Assembly (NCBI GenBank): GCA_963807605.1
Contig: CAWECG010000001.1
Span: 160,001-224,000, forward strand
Length of the DNA: 64,000 bases
Reading direction: 5' to 3'
Source: Candidatus Bathyarchaeota archaeon
GTDB lineage: Archaea > Thermoproteota > Bathyarchaeia > 40CM-2-53-6 > RBG-13-38-9
Shown: one piece after another, positions 42,608-53,231 of the stretch
How the letters are laid out: each line of letters starts with the position of its first letter
Numbering within the stretch: position 1 is the first letter of the stretch
The notes under the pieces: generated by a model
Told to the model about the DNA's origin: nothing
Databases searched by the model: none
What the model saw: only the letters and a program-made list of their open reading frames with translations
Translations under genes and position numbers: made by a program

Positions 42608-42973
42608 TTGGAAGAGGAAAGAGAGATACCCCCAGAGCTTAAAGAACAGCTTGTAAGGCTTCAACAACTACAACAAACTCTTCAGGCCGTCGTAACTCAA
42701 AAACAGCAACTTGAGCTTGAGAGGACCGAGAATGAGAAAGCTATGTCGGAGCTTGAGAAGGTAACGGATGATACGCCTGTCTACAAGAGTCTGGGTACCA
42801 TATTGGTGAAATCTGATCGGCAAAAGCTGTTGGGTGAACTTAAGGAGAGAAACGAACTAACAGATACTCGGATCACAGTTCTCGGGAAACAGGAAGAGCG
42901 AACGAGAACTCGGCTCAAAGAGCTTCAACAGAAGCTTCAGGAGAGGCTGGGTCCCCCATCGGAGCCTAAGTAA
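42608..42973 (+). CDS. pfdB: Prefoldin beta subunit
   Basis: LQQLQQTLQ, VYKSLGTILVK and coiled coils. Confidence 0.95.
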   Translation: MEEEREIPPELKEQLVRLQQLQQTLQAVVTQKQQLELERTENEKAMSELEKVTDDTPVYKSLGTILVKSDRQKLLGELKERNELTDTRITVLGKQEERTRTRLKELQQKLQERLGPPSEPK

Positions 42974-43209
42974 AGCTATTCCATTATTTTTCAAAGATCC
43001 ACGACCCGCCTCGGTAACGACTTCAGCACAACAATCTCTGACGGGATCCGACATCTTTTCATTGCGATCCGGACTGTCAAGATGAGCTATAATTTCAGAT
43101 GTCAAGACTCTTGGTTAATTCAACCCTGCGTTATCATTTTTTGAAATTATTGCACAAACCTACAATGTAGTCTCAAGGACAGTTTGCAAAACTGCTGAGG
43201 AACTGATCT

Positions 43210-44307
43210 ATGTATCAAGTTTCCGAGCTTCGATATATGGTCAAAAGGGCCAGAAAGATTACAATTCTGACGCACAGGAATGGTGATCCTGACGCTATCT
43301 GCTCTGCCTTCGCTCTCAAGAGACTGCTAAAGAGTCTGAATCCTAGACTGGAAGTTGTTGTAGGAACGCCTGAAGGAGTCAATAAACTCTCCGAAAAGAT
43401 CCTCAGCCGATTTGGAGTGACGGTCGAGTCGAATCCCCAACTTCAGGATCTCGACATAATATTCATGGTGGATACTAACAGTCTACTACAACTAGGAAAA
43501 CTGGGGACTACTGTTGAGTCTCTTGGAAAACCGGTTGCAATCATCGATCATCATTATCCAAACGAATCAATCAAAAGATTCCCCCACATCGAATATTGCA
43601 ACGAAAAATCGCCCTCCACCTGCGAGATAGTCTATGAACTTTACAGACAGTCAAAAAAAGAATGTCCCCGGCAAGAAGCTTCAATGCTCCTTGTTGGAAT
43701 CGTATGTGAGACTAGACATCTCAGACTGGCGACATCTAAAACTCTTCTCGTCGTAGCTGAGCTAATTGAGCGAGGAGCCCAGATTGAAGAACTCTCCCCC
43801 CTTCTCGAGGTCCCAATGGACGATTCGGAAAGGATGGCAAGACTCAAGGCTGCACAGAGATGCAACACGCTTCGTCTAGGAAAATGGATCGTTGTGACTT
43901 CAAAGGTTGGATCGCATCAAGCCTCCGCTGCGCGAGCTCTTATAATGCTTGGCGCCGACTTGGCTACAGTAGGAGGGGACGACAAAGACCGGCTTAAGCT
44001 GAGTCTTCGTTCAACGAAAGAATTCCACCAAGCGACTGGAATCCACCTTGGAAGGGATCTCGCTAGGCCATTAGGTGAATACTTTGACGGGAGCGGGGGC
44101 GGTCACTCTCTTGCAGCCGGAGTCAGCTGTTCGGGAAGACTAGAACCTGCTTTAGAGAAATGCGTAGATTTCATCAGGGATTTGATGAGGAACGACCAGA
44201 AACCCACACGAATCCGTTGCCATGCTGAAGAAGAGATAACACAGTCCACGGCCTCAGAAACCCGATCCCTCGAGTGCAAAAGAAATGACAATAATCAACA
44301 TGCATGA
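43210..44307 (+). CDS. DHH/DHHA1 phosphoesterase (NrnA-like)
   Basis: HRNGDPDA, IDHH, GGGHSLAAG. Confidence 0.9.
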   Translation: MYQVSELRYMVKRARKITILTHRNGDPDAICSAFALKRLLKSLNPRLEVVVGTPEGVNKLSEKILSRFGVTVESNPQLQDLDIIFMVDTNSLLQLGKLGTTVESLGKPVAIIDHHYPNESIKRFPHIEYCNEKSPSTCEIVYELYRQSKKECPRQEASMLLVGIVCETRHLRLATSKTLLVVAELIERGAQIEELSPLLEVPMDDSERMARLKAAQRCNTLRLGKWIVVTSKVGSHQASAARALIMLGADLATVGGDDKDRLKLSLRSTKEFHQATGIHLGRDLARPLGEYFDGSGGGHSLAAGVSCSGRLEPALEKCVDFIRDLMRNDQKPTRIRCHAEEEITQSTASETRSLECKRNDNNQHA

Positions 44308-45130
44308 TCTGACTTTCACTTATGCAGGGTCAACGAGGCCTGCAATCGAGAATGTGAACCTGTCCGTGGAAAGGGGAGAATTTGTTGTGCTCACAGGACC
44401 AAGTGGCTGTGGAAAGACCACTCTGGCACGATGCCTGAACGCCCTCATACCAAGCTTCTACCAAGGTGAGATGTCAGGCACGACATCAGTCTTAGATATT
44501 GATATCTCGAAGTCAAGCACAAGCGAGCTTGCAAGGAAAGTAGGGTTCGTCTTTCAAAATCCTGAAAATCAGTTATTCTCACTATCAGTTGAACGTGATG
44601 TAGCGTTCGGCCCTGAGAATCTAGGGCTCCCGAGAGAAGAGACCCGAAGGCGGGTTGAATGGGCCATGACAGCGGCTGGCGTAGCTGAGTTCCGAGAAGC
44701 CGCTCCATACGAGCTCTCAGGAGGACAACAGCAGCGGGTAGCCATAGCAGCTGTCTTGGCAATGAAGCCTGAGATAATAGTCCTAGATGAGCCTACCTCA
44801 TTCCTAGACCCGCGCTCTGCATCTCAAATACTTGAGGCTATAGCTAAGTTGAGAGATGAGGTCGGCGTAACGATAATCCTGATAGAACATAGACTCGATT
44901 TGGTCTCAAAGTACGCTACTCGGATTCTAATAATGGATCGCGGCAGAATAATTCTTGAAGGATCGCCGTCAAGGGTCTTCAGTGAAGAAGTCGAGCTGAT
45001 AGGGGTTGGGATACCCAAGGTCTCCATGCTCTTCAATCTCCTGAAGAAGGATGGTTTCAACCTGGGCGCAATTCCAGTCACCGTCGATGAGGCATCCCAA
45101 AGAATACGGAGATATCTTACCCATGATTGA
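44285..45130 (+). CDS. ecfA: ECF transporter ATPase
   Basis: GPSGCGKT, FQNPENQ, LSGGQQQR, LDEP. Confidence 0.92.
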   Translation: MTIINMHDLTFTYAGSTRPAIENVNLSVERGEFVVLTGPSGCGKTTLARCLNALIPSFYQGEMSGTTSVLDIDISKSSTSELARKVGFVFQNPENQLFSLSVERDVAFGPENLGLPREETRRRVEWAMTAAGVAEFREAAPYELSGGQQQRVAIAAVLAMKPEIIVLDEPTSFLDPRSASQILEAIAKLRDEVGVTIILIEHRLDLVSKYATRILIMDRGRIILEGSPSRVFSEEVELIGVGIPKVSMLFNLLKKDGFNLGAIPVTVDEASQRIRRYLTHD

Positions 45131-45953
45131 AGTCAAAGACCTTCACTTCGAATACGACGGAAAAGAGGTTCTGCACAACGTCAATCTTAGGGTAACGGAC
45201 GGCGAGTTTGTAGCCATAATGGGAGAGAACGGCGCGGGAAAGACCACACTCGTGAAACACTTCAACGGCCTGCTTAAGCCAACCAGGGGTGAAGTGCTGG
45301 TCGATGGTCTATCTACAAAGAAATCAACAGTGGCTGCCCTCTCGAGATACGTAGGATTGGTCTTCCAGAATCCCGATCACCAACTCTTTTCTGAGACCGT
45401 ATTCCAAGAGGTTGCCTTTTCACTGATAAATTTCGGCTATCCCGAGGAGACCATTAAAAAGAGGGTGAAGCTTATTCTTGAAACGTTGGACCTCGCTTCC
45501 TACACCGAGGACTCCCCCTTCTTACTGAGCGGAGGCGAGAGGAAGAGGGTTGCCTTGGCCTCAGTTCTGGTCTCCGACCCCAAGTACGTCATCCTTGATG
45601 AACCCACAATCGGACAAGATCATCAACAGAAAGATAAGCTCAGAAACTTCATCATACAGTTGAACTCTCAAGGTAGAACTGTAGTCATCGTAACCCACGA
45701 TGTCGAGTTCGTTGTCGAATGTAGGCCGAGAGTGATTCTTCTCTCAAGAGGATCCATAATCGCCGACAATCCTTATGATGTGATCTTCTCAGACAACGAG
45801 CTGATAGAGAAGGCATCGCTTGCTTCCCCACAGATTGCGATGCTGATGTCATCCCTAGGCGACTTGGGTTTCAGCCCCAGAATCTTGGATATCTACCAAG
45901 CAAAGTCGGTTCTCGAGCAGAGGTTGAGCAATGTTGTCTTTAAGAATCTTTGA
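45123..45953 (+). CDS. ECF transporter ATPase A'
   Basis: GENGAGKT, FQNPDHQ, LSGGERKR. Confidence 0.92.
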   Translation: MIEVKDLHFEYDGKEVLHNVNLRVTDGEFVAIMGENGAGKTTLVKHFNGLLKPTRGEVLVDGLSTKKSTVAALSRYVGLVFQNPDHQLFSETVFQEVAFSLINFGYPEETIKKRVKLILETLDLASYTEDSPFLLSGGERKRVALASVLVSDPKYVILDEPTIGQDHQQKDKLRNFIIQLNSQGRTVVIVTHDVEFVVECRPRVILLSRGSIIADNPYDVIFSDNELIEKASLASPQIAMLMSSLGDLGFSPRILDIYQAKSVLEQRLSNVVFKNL

Positions 45954-46734
45954 AGGATTCAGGTTCAAGCACAGCGCCACGCCAATCCACCGAATGGACC
46001 CGAGACCGAAATTTCTGATAGCCTTGACTATTTTCGCCCTGTCCCTTGCATTCATGAACATCATCGTCCTTCTGTTTCTCTTTGCAGGGCAACTCCCACT
46101 GGTCTACGTCGCCAAATCAGTGCGTCGATGGTTCAACTCAATAAAAGGAAGCACGCTCCTAGGAGCACTCATATTCGTTATGAATTTTATTACTGGATCA
46201 ACATTAGTCTTCTCAGCAACTATGAGTGTGAGATTCCTCGTTCTGGTTTCAGCCTTCTCTTTATTCTTCATGACTACCTCCCCGGACGATCTGGGGTTGG
46301 CCCTTGAGAAGGCGAGGCTGCCATACGCCTTGAGCTTCACCTTCACAATGGCAGTTAGACTGGTTCCAACGATAGCCCTCGAGGCTCAAACCATAGTTGA
46401 CGCTCAAAGGTCCAGGGGACTAGAGTTAGATAGAGGAAACCTCCTGCAGAGAGTCAGAAAGTATATTCCAATACTCATCCCGCTAATCGTCTCAGCCATA
46501 AGAAGAAGCACAGAATTGGCAGAGGCCTTGGAGTCTAGGGCGTTCGGAGCAGTAAAGAATCGTGAGTCCCTAGTAACCCTCAGAATGAAGCCGATCGACT
46601 ACATAGCAGGTATAATGGCAGTTGCCATTCTCGTGATAGGAATCTATGCTCAATTCTCAATCGCGATTCCAAATCTCGATACTGGAATAAAGATGCGGGC
46701 TCTATGGAGCTGCCTAGGTCTTCTTGGCCGATAA
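45931..46734 (+). CDS. ecfT: ECF transporter T component
   Basis: DPRPK, AQRSRG, ALESRAF. Confidence 0.92.
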   Translation: MLSLRIFEGFRFKHSATPIHRMDPRPKFLIALTIFALSLAFMNIIVLLFLFAGQLPLVYVAKSVRRWFNSIKGSTLLGALIFVMNFITGSTLVFSATMSVRFLVLVSAFSLFFMTTSPDDLGLALEKARLPYALSFTFTMAVRLVPTIALEAQTIVDAQRSRGLELDRGNLLQRVRKYIPILIPLIVSAIRRSTELAEALESRAFGAVKNRESLVTLRMKPIDYIAGIMAVAILVIGIYAQFSIAIPNLDTGIKMRALWSCLGLLGR

Positions 46735-46926
46735 AATGAATTGTTCAAATACCGATTTACGATCACTCAGCATTTACAGAAATAGTCATGCGTCAGTCAA
46801 ATCAGATATTCATGAGACTCCTCAATAAGTCGAAGGAAGCTCAAGCTTCAAATCCTAAACTCTGACCAGAATAGTCCGGTTGAAGGAGGAATATCAATAA
46901 ATCACTCAGAATCCGGTGACGGTCTA

Positions 46927-47562
46927 TTGGGTAAGTTAGATGCATCCAGTTTCGCAGACAAGATCTTGGCAGCTTCGAGTCTTGCCTCTGAGGGGTCCGA
47001 AGGAGAAATTGAGTTTGCCTTCACGGACAAGGTAATGAGAGATCCCTCGGCAAAAGTAAAGATCCTTAACTATACTAAAGAGCATTCACGTGAGGGATTC
47101 GCATTCGATGACTATGTAAGTGTAAAGGCTGGCTCATCAAATCGCCACTCAGGCAGAGCACCTCTTGTGACGAGCGGCTCAGTCAAACCGGCCGAAGAGA
47201 AGGTTAGAGGCCTTCTAACTTTCATTTCATCGATTGGTAGGTTGGAGGATCTTGTGGAGTACGTTACGGTTGCTGTTAAACCTAAAGGGACAACGATGTT
47301 CTACACACAGTCCAGAGAGTCTAAAGATATGGATCCTCTCTTGAGGGAGCGTCTCAAGCAACTCGAGTCAAAATGGGCGGAGCTACCGGAGTTCGCCAGA
47401 CAACTACTTACTGCCACATTCCTAATCGAGAATGACAACTCCTATGAGATAGAAGTGGAAAGAGTGGATGGACCGTTTACAGGAAAAGAAGGCCGAGCGA
47501 AGGAGATTGTAGCTGCGGTTTTTCAGTCAAGATTGAAGCTCGTCAGAAGCTTCACAAAATGA
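46927..47562 (+). CDS. Hypothetical protein
   Basis: 211-aa ORF with no recognised motif. Confidence 0.6.
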   Translation: MGKLDASSFADKILAASSLASEGSEGEIEFAFTDKVMRDPSAKVKILNYTKEHSREGFAFDDYVSVKAGSSNRHSGRAPLVTSGSVKPAEEKVRGLLTFISSIGRLEDLVEYVTVAVKPKGTTMFYTQSRESKDMDPLLRERLKQLESKWAELPEFARQLLTATFLIENDNSYEIEVERVDGPFTGKEGRAKEIVAAVFQSRLKLVRSFTK

Positions 47563-47765
47563 ACTGAGTCCCCTTATGAAATACGCTAGGCGCTGCAGAC
47601 TCTCGTGTTATCATACGGGAAAGAATCTTGAAGACGCCAGAGATGATCGTCCATTCATGGGCTGCTGATTCCTCTGATTAGCTCTCTTTCACTTGATCTT
47701 ATAGGTGACAAAATCGAAACCATCTACGTCTTAAGACGTTGATGCTCGGGGATTGGCGAGAAGAC

Positions 47766-48446
47766 ATGATAAGGGTAATTGTGGATGAAAGGGAGAGATC
47801 GCAAGTTCCCGCAAGACTCAGAGAATTGGGTTTGACTTTAGATTTCAGATTGCTCGAGGAGGGTGACTATGTCATGGCTGGATACGCAATCGAAAGGAAG
47901 ACTGTGCGAGACTTTCTCTCGTCTTTGTATTCGGGAAGACTCTTTGATCAAGCCTACCGGTTGGGACAAGCTTATCGTTTCCCACTAATGATTGTTGAGG
48001 GCGATTATCACTCGATTCTCAACGAGATGAGAAATCCCAGAGTATTCTGGGGAGCCTTGGCGACTCTCTCCTTTGGATATGGCCTAAGAATCTTCTTCAC
48101 GTGGAATGCAAAACAAACAGCCGATCTGATAGGAATCCTCGCCAGACATCTGCCTAAGATTAGGTCGCGTCCACCAGCTGTTGTTAGAAAGCCGAGGTCT
48201 AATAGAATGCGTGAGGGGCAAGCTGCCCTTATCCAAGGGCTACCAGGGGTTGGATCTAGGTTAGCGGAACAACTTCTGAAGCGTTTTGGTACTCCACGAA
48301 GGGTATTGTTAGCTACAGAAGCCGAGCTCAGTCTTAGGGGCGGCTTAGGAAGGGCTAAGGCAACTAAGATAAAGTTTCTTCTTGATACGGACTACAATGC
48401 CTTAGATGAGTCTAAGCAATTGAGGCTGTCTGAGGCCAGACCGTAA
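47766..48446 (+). CDS. xpf: Short (crenarchaeal-type) XPF/ERCC4 endonuclease
   Basis: VDERE, GDY, IERKT..DF, HhH motifs, C-terminal PIP-like QLRLSE. Confidence 0.9.
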   Translation: MIRVIVDERERSQVPARLRELGLTLDFRLLEEGDYVMAGYAIERKTVRDFLSSLYSGRLFDQAYRLGQAYRFPLMIVEGDYHSILNEMRNPRVFWGALATLSFGYGLRIFFTWNAKQTADLIGILARHLPKIRSRPPAVVRKPRSNRMREGQAALIQGLPGVGSRLAEQLLKRFGTPRRVLLATEAELSLRGGLGRAKATKIKFLLDTDYNALDESKQLRLSEARP

Positions 48447-48492
48447 CCATAAAAAGAGCTACGTGAAGTCTTACAGGGGGGTTGCCAGTAGA

Positions 48493-49092
48493 ATGACGCT
48501 CAAGACGTTCAGCGCGGCTTGCTACCAGATCACTAAAGGCGTTGAGAGGACTTTATCGAGGATATCCCAGCGCCAGGTTGAGGGGATGATCAACATGATG
48601 CTCTGGGCTAAGTTCCGGCGTATCCTTGTGATAGGTGTCGGTCGAAGCGGCCTCATAGGCAGAGCCTTTGCCATGAGATTGATGCATCTCGACTTTGATG
48701 TCTACGTTATGGGTGAGACCATTACCCCGGCAATAGGTAAAGGAGATTTGATAATCGCAATATCAGGTTCAGGAACAACGAAGCTTGCGGTGACGGCTGC
48801 TGAGATTGGAAAGGAGGTTGGTGCGAAGATAATCGCGGTCACTTCCCACCCCAACTCGGACCTGGGAAAGATAGCTGACCACCTTGTCCAGATTAGAGGT
48901 CGAACGAAGATCGCTAAAGAGAGAGACTACTTTCTTCGTCAGCTAACGGGTGTTCACGAGCCCTTAGCTCCGCTCGGGACGATATTCGAGCTTAGCGCAA
49001 TGGTCTTTTTCGACAGTTTAATTGCGGAACTGATTGAAAGATTAGGAAAGAGTGAGAGTGAACTCCGGAGAAAACACGCAACTATAGAGTAA
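48493..49092 (+). CDS. hxlB: 6-phospho-3-hexuloisomerase
   Basis: GVGRSG, FAMRLMHL, GETITP, SGSG, APLGTIFE, KHATIE. Confidence 0.93.
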   Translation: MTLKTFSAACYQITKGVERTLSRISQRQVEGMINMMLWAKFRRILVIGVGRSGLIGRAFAMRLMHLDFDVYVMGETITPAIGKGDLIIAISGSGTTKLAVTAAEIGKEVGAKIIAVTSHPNSDLGKIADHLVQIRGRTKIAKERDYFLRQLTGVHEPLAPLGTIFELSAMVFFDSLIAELIERLGKSESELRRKHATIE

Positions 49093-49116
49093 GTAGATCT
49101 CGTCACCAAGCACAGT

Positions 49117-49803
49117 TTACTTTTTCTCAACGAGTTCAGCAAAGCCGTCCTCTAGGTGGCCTCTATCTCCAAGCCAGATCTTATGAAAATCCCTAACGAC
49201 TAACCTTTTCTTGAATAAGGGACCGTCGAGCACGAAGGTCTCGTACTCTCCTCCCTCGCCCGAGAGATTCACCCCGTACTTGTCTCTCAAGAGAATTAAC
49301 TCTTTGATTGCCTCTTGGTCAAGTTTCCTGCCAAGCCATTTCTGGCCTAGACCTAAAGCTGCTACCGCAACTATTACCGGGTTAAGCCCTGACATCAATT
49401 GATCATGGAGAAGCTGTAGAGGATCCAGCCCCCATAATGGTGTGAAACACTCCATTCCAAGGTATCTCGCCGTCTCCTCTATCCTTTTTTTCTGGTATTG
49501 GCTTGCAATAGCTCCAGCAGCAATCCCGTCTATCCCGAAGCGCTTCTTAACTTCTCCCAGATGTCTTTTGAGTTCGTCCTTTTCTTCTTCTCCCTGCCCC
49601 GTTATGTTATAGGTTAAGATTGGCAGATCCATAGCTTCGGCTTGTAGGGATGTCCATTGAATGCAGGGGTGGTGGAAGAGCCATGATTCATCGCTTCTAG
49701 GGATAAATGTGATCAGGTGCTCGATATCGAAATTCTGTTCTCGGGCCTTCATGATTGTGTAGCAACTGTCTTTTCCGCCGCTGAAGAGGACTCCTACTCG
49801 CAT
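49117..49803 (-). CDS. dph6: Diphthine-ammonia ligase
   Basis: SGGKDS, GEGGEYETFV. Confidence 0.9.
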   Translation of the reverse strand: MRVGVLFSGGKDSCYTIMKAREQNFDIEHLITFIPRSDESWLFHHPCIQWTSLQAEAMDLPILTYNITGQGEEEKDELKRHLGEVKKRFGIDGIAAGAIASQYQKKRIEETARYLGMECFTPLWGLDPLQLLHDQLMSGLNPVIVAVAALGLGQKWLGRKLDQEAIKELILLRDKYGVNLSGEGGEYETFVLDGPLFKKRLVVRDFHKIWLGDRGHLEDGFAELVEKK

Positions 49804-50076
49804 GATTCATCTTCGCTTTCGGTTGTGCCTGCTGTCTTTATTAGCGCGCGCCCAACCTTCACATCACAATGTGTTGAACCGAACATATTTACTCTTTGAA
49901 GTGTCTGCTATCACTTGTGTTCCGCAGGTGGCTCCATTAGCTGTCGAGCTTACAACGAATATGCAGATAGTCGCGAAGATTTTATCAGTTTCAGTAATAG
50001 GAAAAACAATCCAAACCTATACATTGATGCTCGTAAGATGGACTTGTGAGGATTTCTGTCAAGAAGTGAGAGATAT

Positions 50077-50265
50077 ATGCCACAGATATGCATATTTCAG
50101 ATAGATACGGGAATAAAGGGATCATCTGGAATCTCGATTTGTCCTATTTCGGAGACTGTCGCAGACATCTGGACTGGCAAGCTGAACGTCGATCGGCTGC
50201 TCAAATGTTGCCAATTTTGTCCCTATAGGGTAAACGCTATTCGATTCAAAGAAAGTCCGAGCTAA
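50077..50265 (+). CDS. Small Cys-rich hypothetical protein; reads on + although the track says minus
   Basis: atgccacag at 50077; CCQFC motif; SD-like gaagtgag upstream. Confidence 0.45.
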   Translation: MPQICIFQIDTGIKGSSGISICPISETVADIWTGKLNVDRLLKCCQFCPYRVNAIRFKESPS

Positions 50266-50623
50266 GCCATGTTTCAGAGGGAACGTCTTCAAAGAGTTCT
50301 CCCCATTTTTTTTGACGTGTGATTATAACGTCTCCGAGCTGGTGGGCATGAAAGATAATTCGAAGAAACGCGCGCGCTTCCTGAACACCTAATCCACTAG
50401 CGCCCATGCTCGTAACTGTACTGTCTGTCTTCACAGTAGAATCCCACATTGGGATGGCAGGCCATATGCATTATCCTACGGGCGAACGCTCCGCAGACTT
50501 TTTGCGTGCACAACAGAAAGTCAAAAGCCTCGAGGTAACGTCTCACTGAAAAGACAAACTATAAAAGTTTACATGATCTTTTGGAGCTAGCCTTTAGCAA
50601 ATTTAGGACTGGAGTAAATAGAG

Positions 50624-52841
50624 ATGCCGCATTACAAGTCAACTGCAGAGATAATGAAGATAATACAACACAAGGATCAGATCCGAAAGATCTAGGCAAC
50701 ATTTGCCTAGTCCGGAATATATTGGTATTATCGCCCATGTTGATCATGGCAAGACTACCATGTCTGATTCCTTGTTAGCCTCCTCCGGTTTACTTTCTCC
50801 ATCCGTAGCCGGAAGTGCCTTGGCTCTTGACTATATGGAGGAGGAACAGAAAAGACAGATGACTATCAAAGCTGCTAACGTCAGTCTCCTGCATGAAAAG
50901 GACGGAGTTTCCTACGTCATTAACCTCATCGATACACCGGGACACGTCGACTTCTCAGGTAGAGTAACAAGATCTCTGAGGGCGATCGACGGCGCCGTTG
51001 TGGTTGTTGACGCTGTTGAAGAGGTCATGGTCCAAACTGAGACAGTGACGCGGCAGGCCCTTGAAGAGAGGGTTAGACCTGTCCTCTACGTCAACAAGAT
51101 CGACCGGCTCATCAAGGAGCTCAAACTAAGCCCGGAACAGATCGAGGAAAGAATTACCAGAATAATCAGGGATTTCAATCATTTAATTGAGATGTATGCT
51201 GAACCTGAGTTCAAGAACAATTGGAAGATTAGTTTTGCGACCAACACGGTGGCTTTGGGCTCAGCCAAGGATCGTTGGGGTTTCAACTCTGAGATTGCTA
51301 AAAAGAAAGGAATCAAGTTCTCTGACATTGTCGTTGCCTATGAGCAGAATAAGGTTGAGGAGTTGAGGGAGAAGGCTCCGCTTAACGAAGCCATACTGAA
51401 CATGGCTGTCGAGTCGATGGCCCCACCAGATGTTGCCCAAAAATACAGGATCCCAAAGATCTGGAAGGGAGATATCAACAGCGATATCGGCCAGGCGATG
51501 ATGAATTGTGATGACAATGGCCCGGCTGTGATGGCCGTCTCAAACATTGTCGTCGATCCTCAAGCTGGGGTCGTTGCAACGGGTCGTCTCTTCTCCGGAA
51601 CTCTGCGTGAAGGGGATACGGTCCATTTGGTTGGGGCCAAGTCCGACTCTAGGATTCAACAGGTCTGTATATACATGGGTCTTTACAGAGAGATAGTCGG
51701 CGAATTAACGGCTGGAAATATCCCAGCGCTATTAGGGCTTGATGCTGCGAGGGCTGGTGAGACGATCTCCTCGGCAAAAGATGTGGCGCCTTTTGAAGCT
51801 GTCAAGTATGTTACAGAGCCTGTTGTAACGCTGGCTGTCGAGCCGAAGTACAGTAGAGATCTACCAAAGCTTGTTGATACTTTGAGAAAGCTCTCGATCG
51901 AGGATCCTAACTTGGTCACAACGATCAATGAGGAAACTGGGGAGTACCTCATTGCCGGTATGGGCACGCTACACCTTGAGATAGCGACGACCTTGATTCA
52001 AAAGACAGGTCTCCAGATCACTATGTCGAAACCCATCGTCATCTACAGAGAGAGTATCAGGAAGCCTGCAGGCCCAGCCGAGGGTAAGTCGCCTAACAAA
52101 CACAGCCGGATCTACATCGAGATTGAGCCTATGAGTGAAGAAATTGTGAACATGATTAAGACAGGCGAGATCGGCGAGTATATGGACAAATCGGCAATGG
52201 CAAAGATCCTGAGAGAACACGGCTGGGCCCCTGATGAGGCAAAGGGTGTCTGGAGCGTAGATGAGGGTTGCAACATACTCACCGAGGTTACCAAAGGAGC
52301 CCAATTCCTACAAGACGTCAAGGATATGGTCGTCGCTGGTTACAGGTGGGGGATAAAGGAAGGACCATTGGCATATGAGCAGATTAGAGGAGTGAAGGCC
52401 AAGATTGTCGATATCCAACTTCACGAGGATCCGGTTCACAGAGGACCTGCCCAGATAATGCCCATGACAAGGAGAGCCTTCTTTGTCGCCTTCCTCTCCG
52501 CAGAGCCGACACTTCTTGAGCCGATTCAGAGGATGACTGCGAAGGTCGCTCCAGACCTTCTAGGATCAGTGACCAGCGTAATTAGTCAGAAAAGAGGAAA
52601 GGTTGTCTCAGTGGATCAGAAGGAAAACATAGTATACATAGTAGGCGAGATGCCCACCGCTGAGACTTTTGATCTCTCTGAGTCCCTTCGAAGCGCAACC
52701 GCGGGGAGGGCTTTCTGGGGTCTAGAGTTCGCCAGATGGTCTGCTGTTCCAGCGTCATTAATCGGTCAAGTCATTCAAGACATTAGGAAGAGGAAGGGGT
52801 TGCCGCCTGAGCCCCATAAGGCCCAAGACTTCATGGAGTAG
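50624..52841 (+). CDS. fusA: Elongation factor EF-2, join(50624..50687,50719..52841), 728 aa after splicing
   Basis: MPHYKSTAEIMKIIQHKDQIR|NIGIIAHVDHGKTT, DTPGH, NKID, diphthamide loop HEDPVHRGPAQ. Confidence 0.93.
50688..50718 (+). other. 31-nt bulge-helix-bulge (BHB) mRNA intron in EF-2
   Basis: Central helix TCCG 50682-85/CGGA 50713-16; 3-nt bulges AAA 50686-88 and ATA 50717-19; intron stem ctaggcaa/ttgcctag. Confidence 0.88.
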
Positions 52842-52866
52842 AGACGACCGTAAGATCCCAAGTTTC

Positions 52867-53058
52867 CTAGACGCCAAAGATCCGTCTCAGCGCCCAAATG
52901 ACTATCCCTGCTAGGAAGGCTAGACCAAGCACCATCATGAAGACTAATGCGTAGGTAACTACTCTCCCAAGCAACTTCAGATCCAAATAGCTCTCCTCTC
53001 CTTTCTTATCTTTGTCTTCAGATTTCCTACCGTATCGTCCTGCCAACACCCAGGTCAC
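52867..53058 (-). CDS. Small membrane protein
   Basis: Charged N-terminus followed by a long hydrophobic segment. Confidence 0.45.
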   Translation of the reverse strand: MTWVLAGRYGRKSEDKDKKGEESYLDLKLLGRVVTYALVFMMVLGLAFLAGIVIWALRRIFGV

Positions 53059-53231
53059 CGGCAGAACCTGTTGGTGTGCTATCGTGCTTTAATTCTTTGG
53101 GGCTGAATCTCAGATCAGTCGCTGATAGACCCGTTCGATGAACTACCCATGCGTTGAACTAGGTTTTCTCGTGAAATACATTGCTAGACAGTTATCATCT
53201 ATTCCCAGTGGAATTGTTTCCTGGGGAGTTG

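Noticed and set aside
50703-50720. EF-2 start at TTG 50703 (MPSPEY...)
   Set aside because: It lies inside the intron hairpin and discards the conserved N-terminus encoded from 50624
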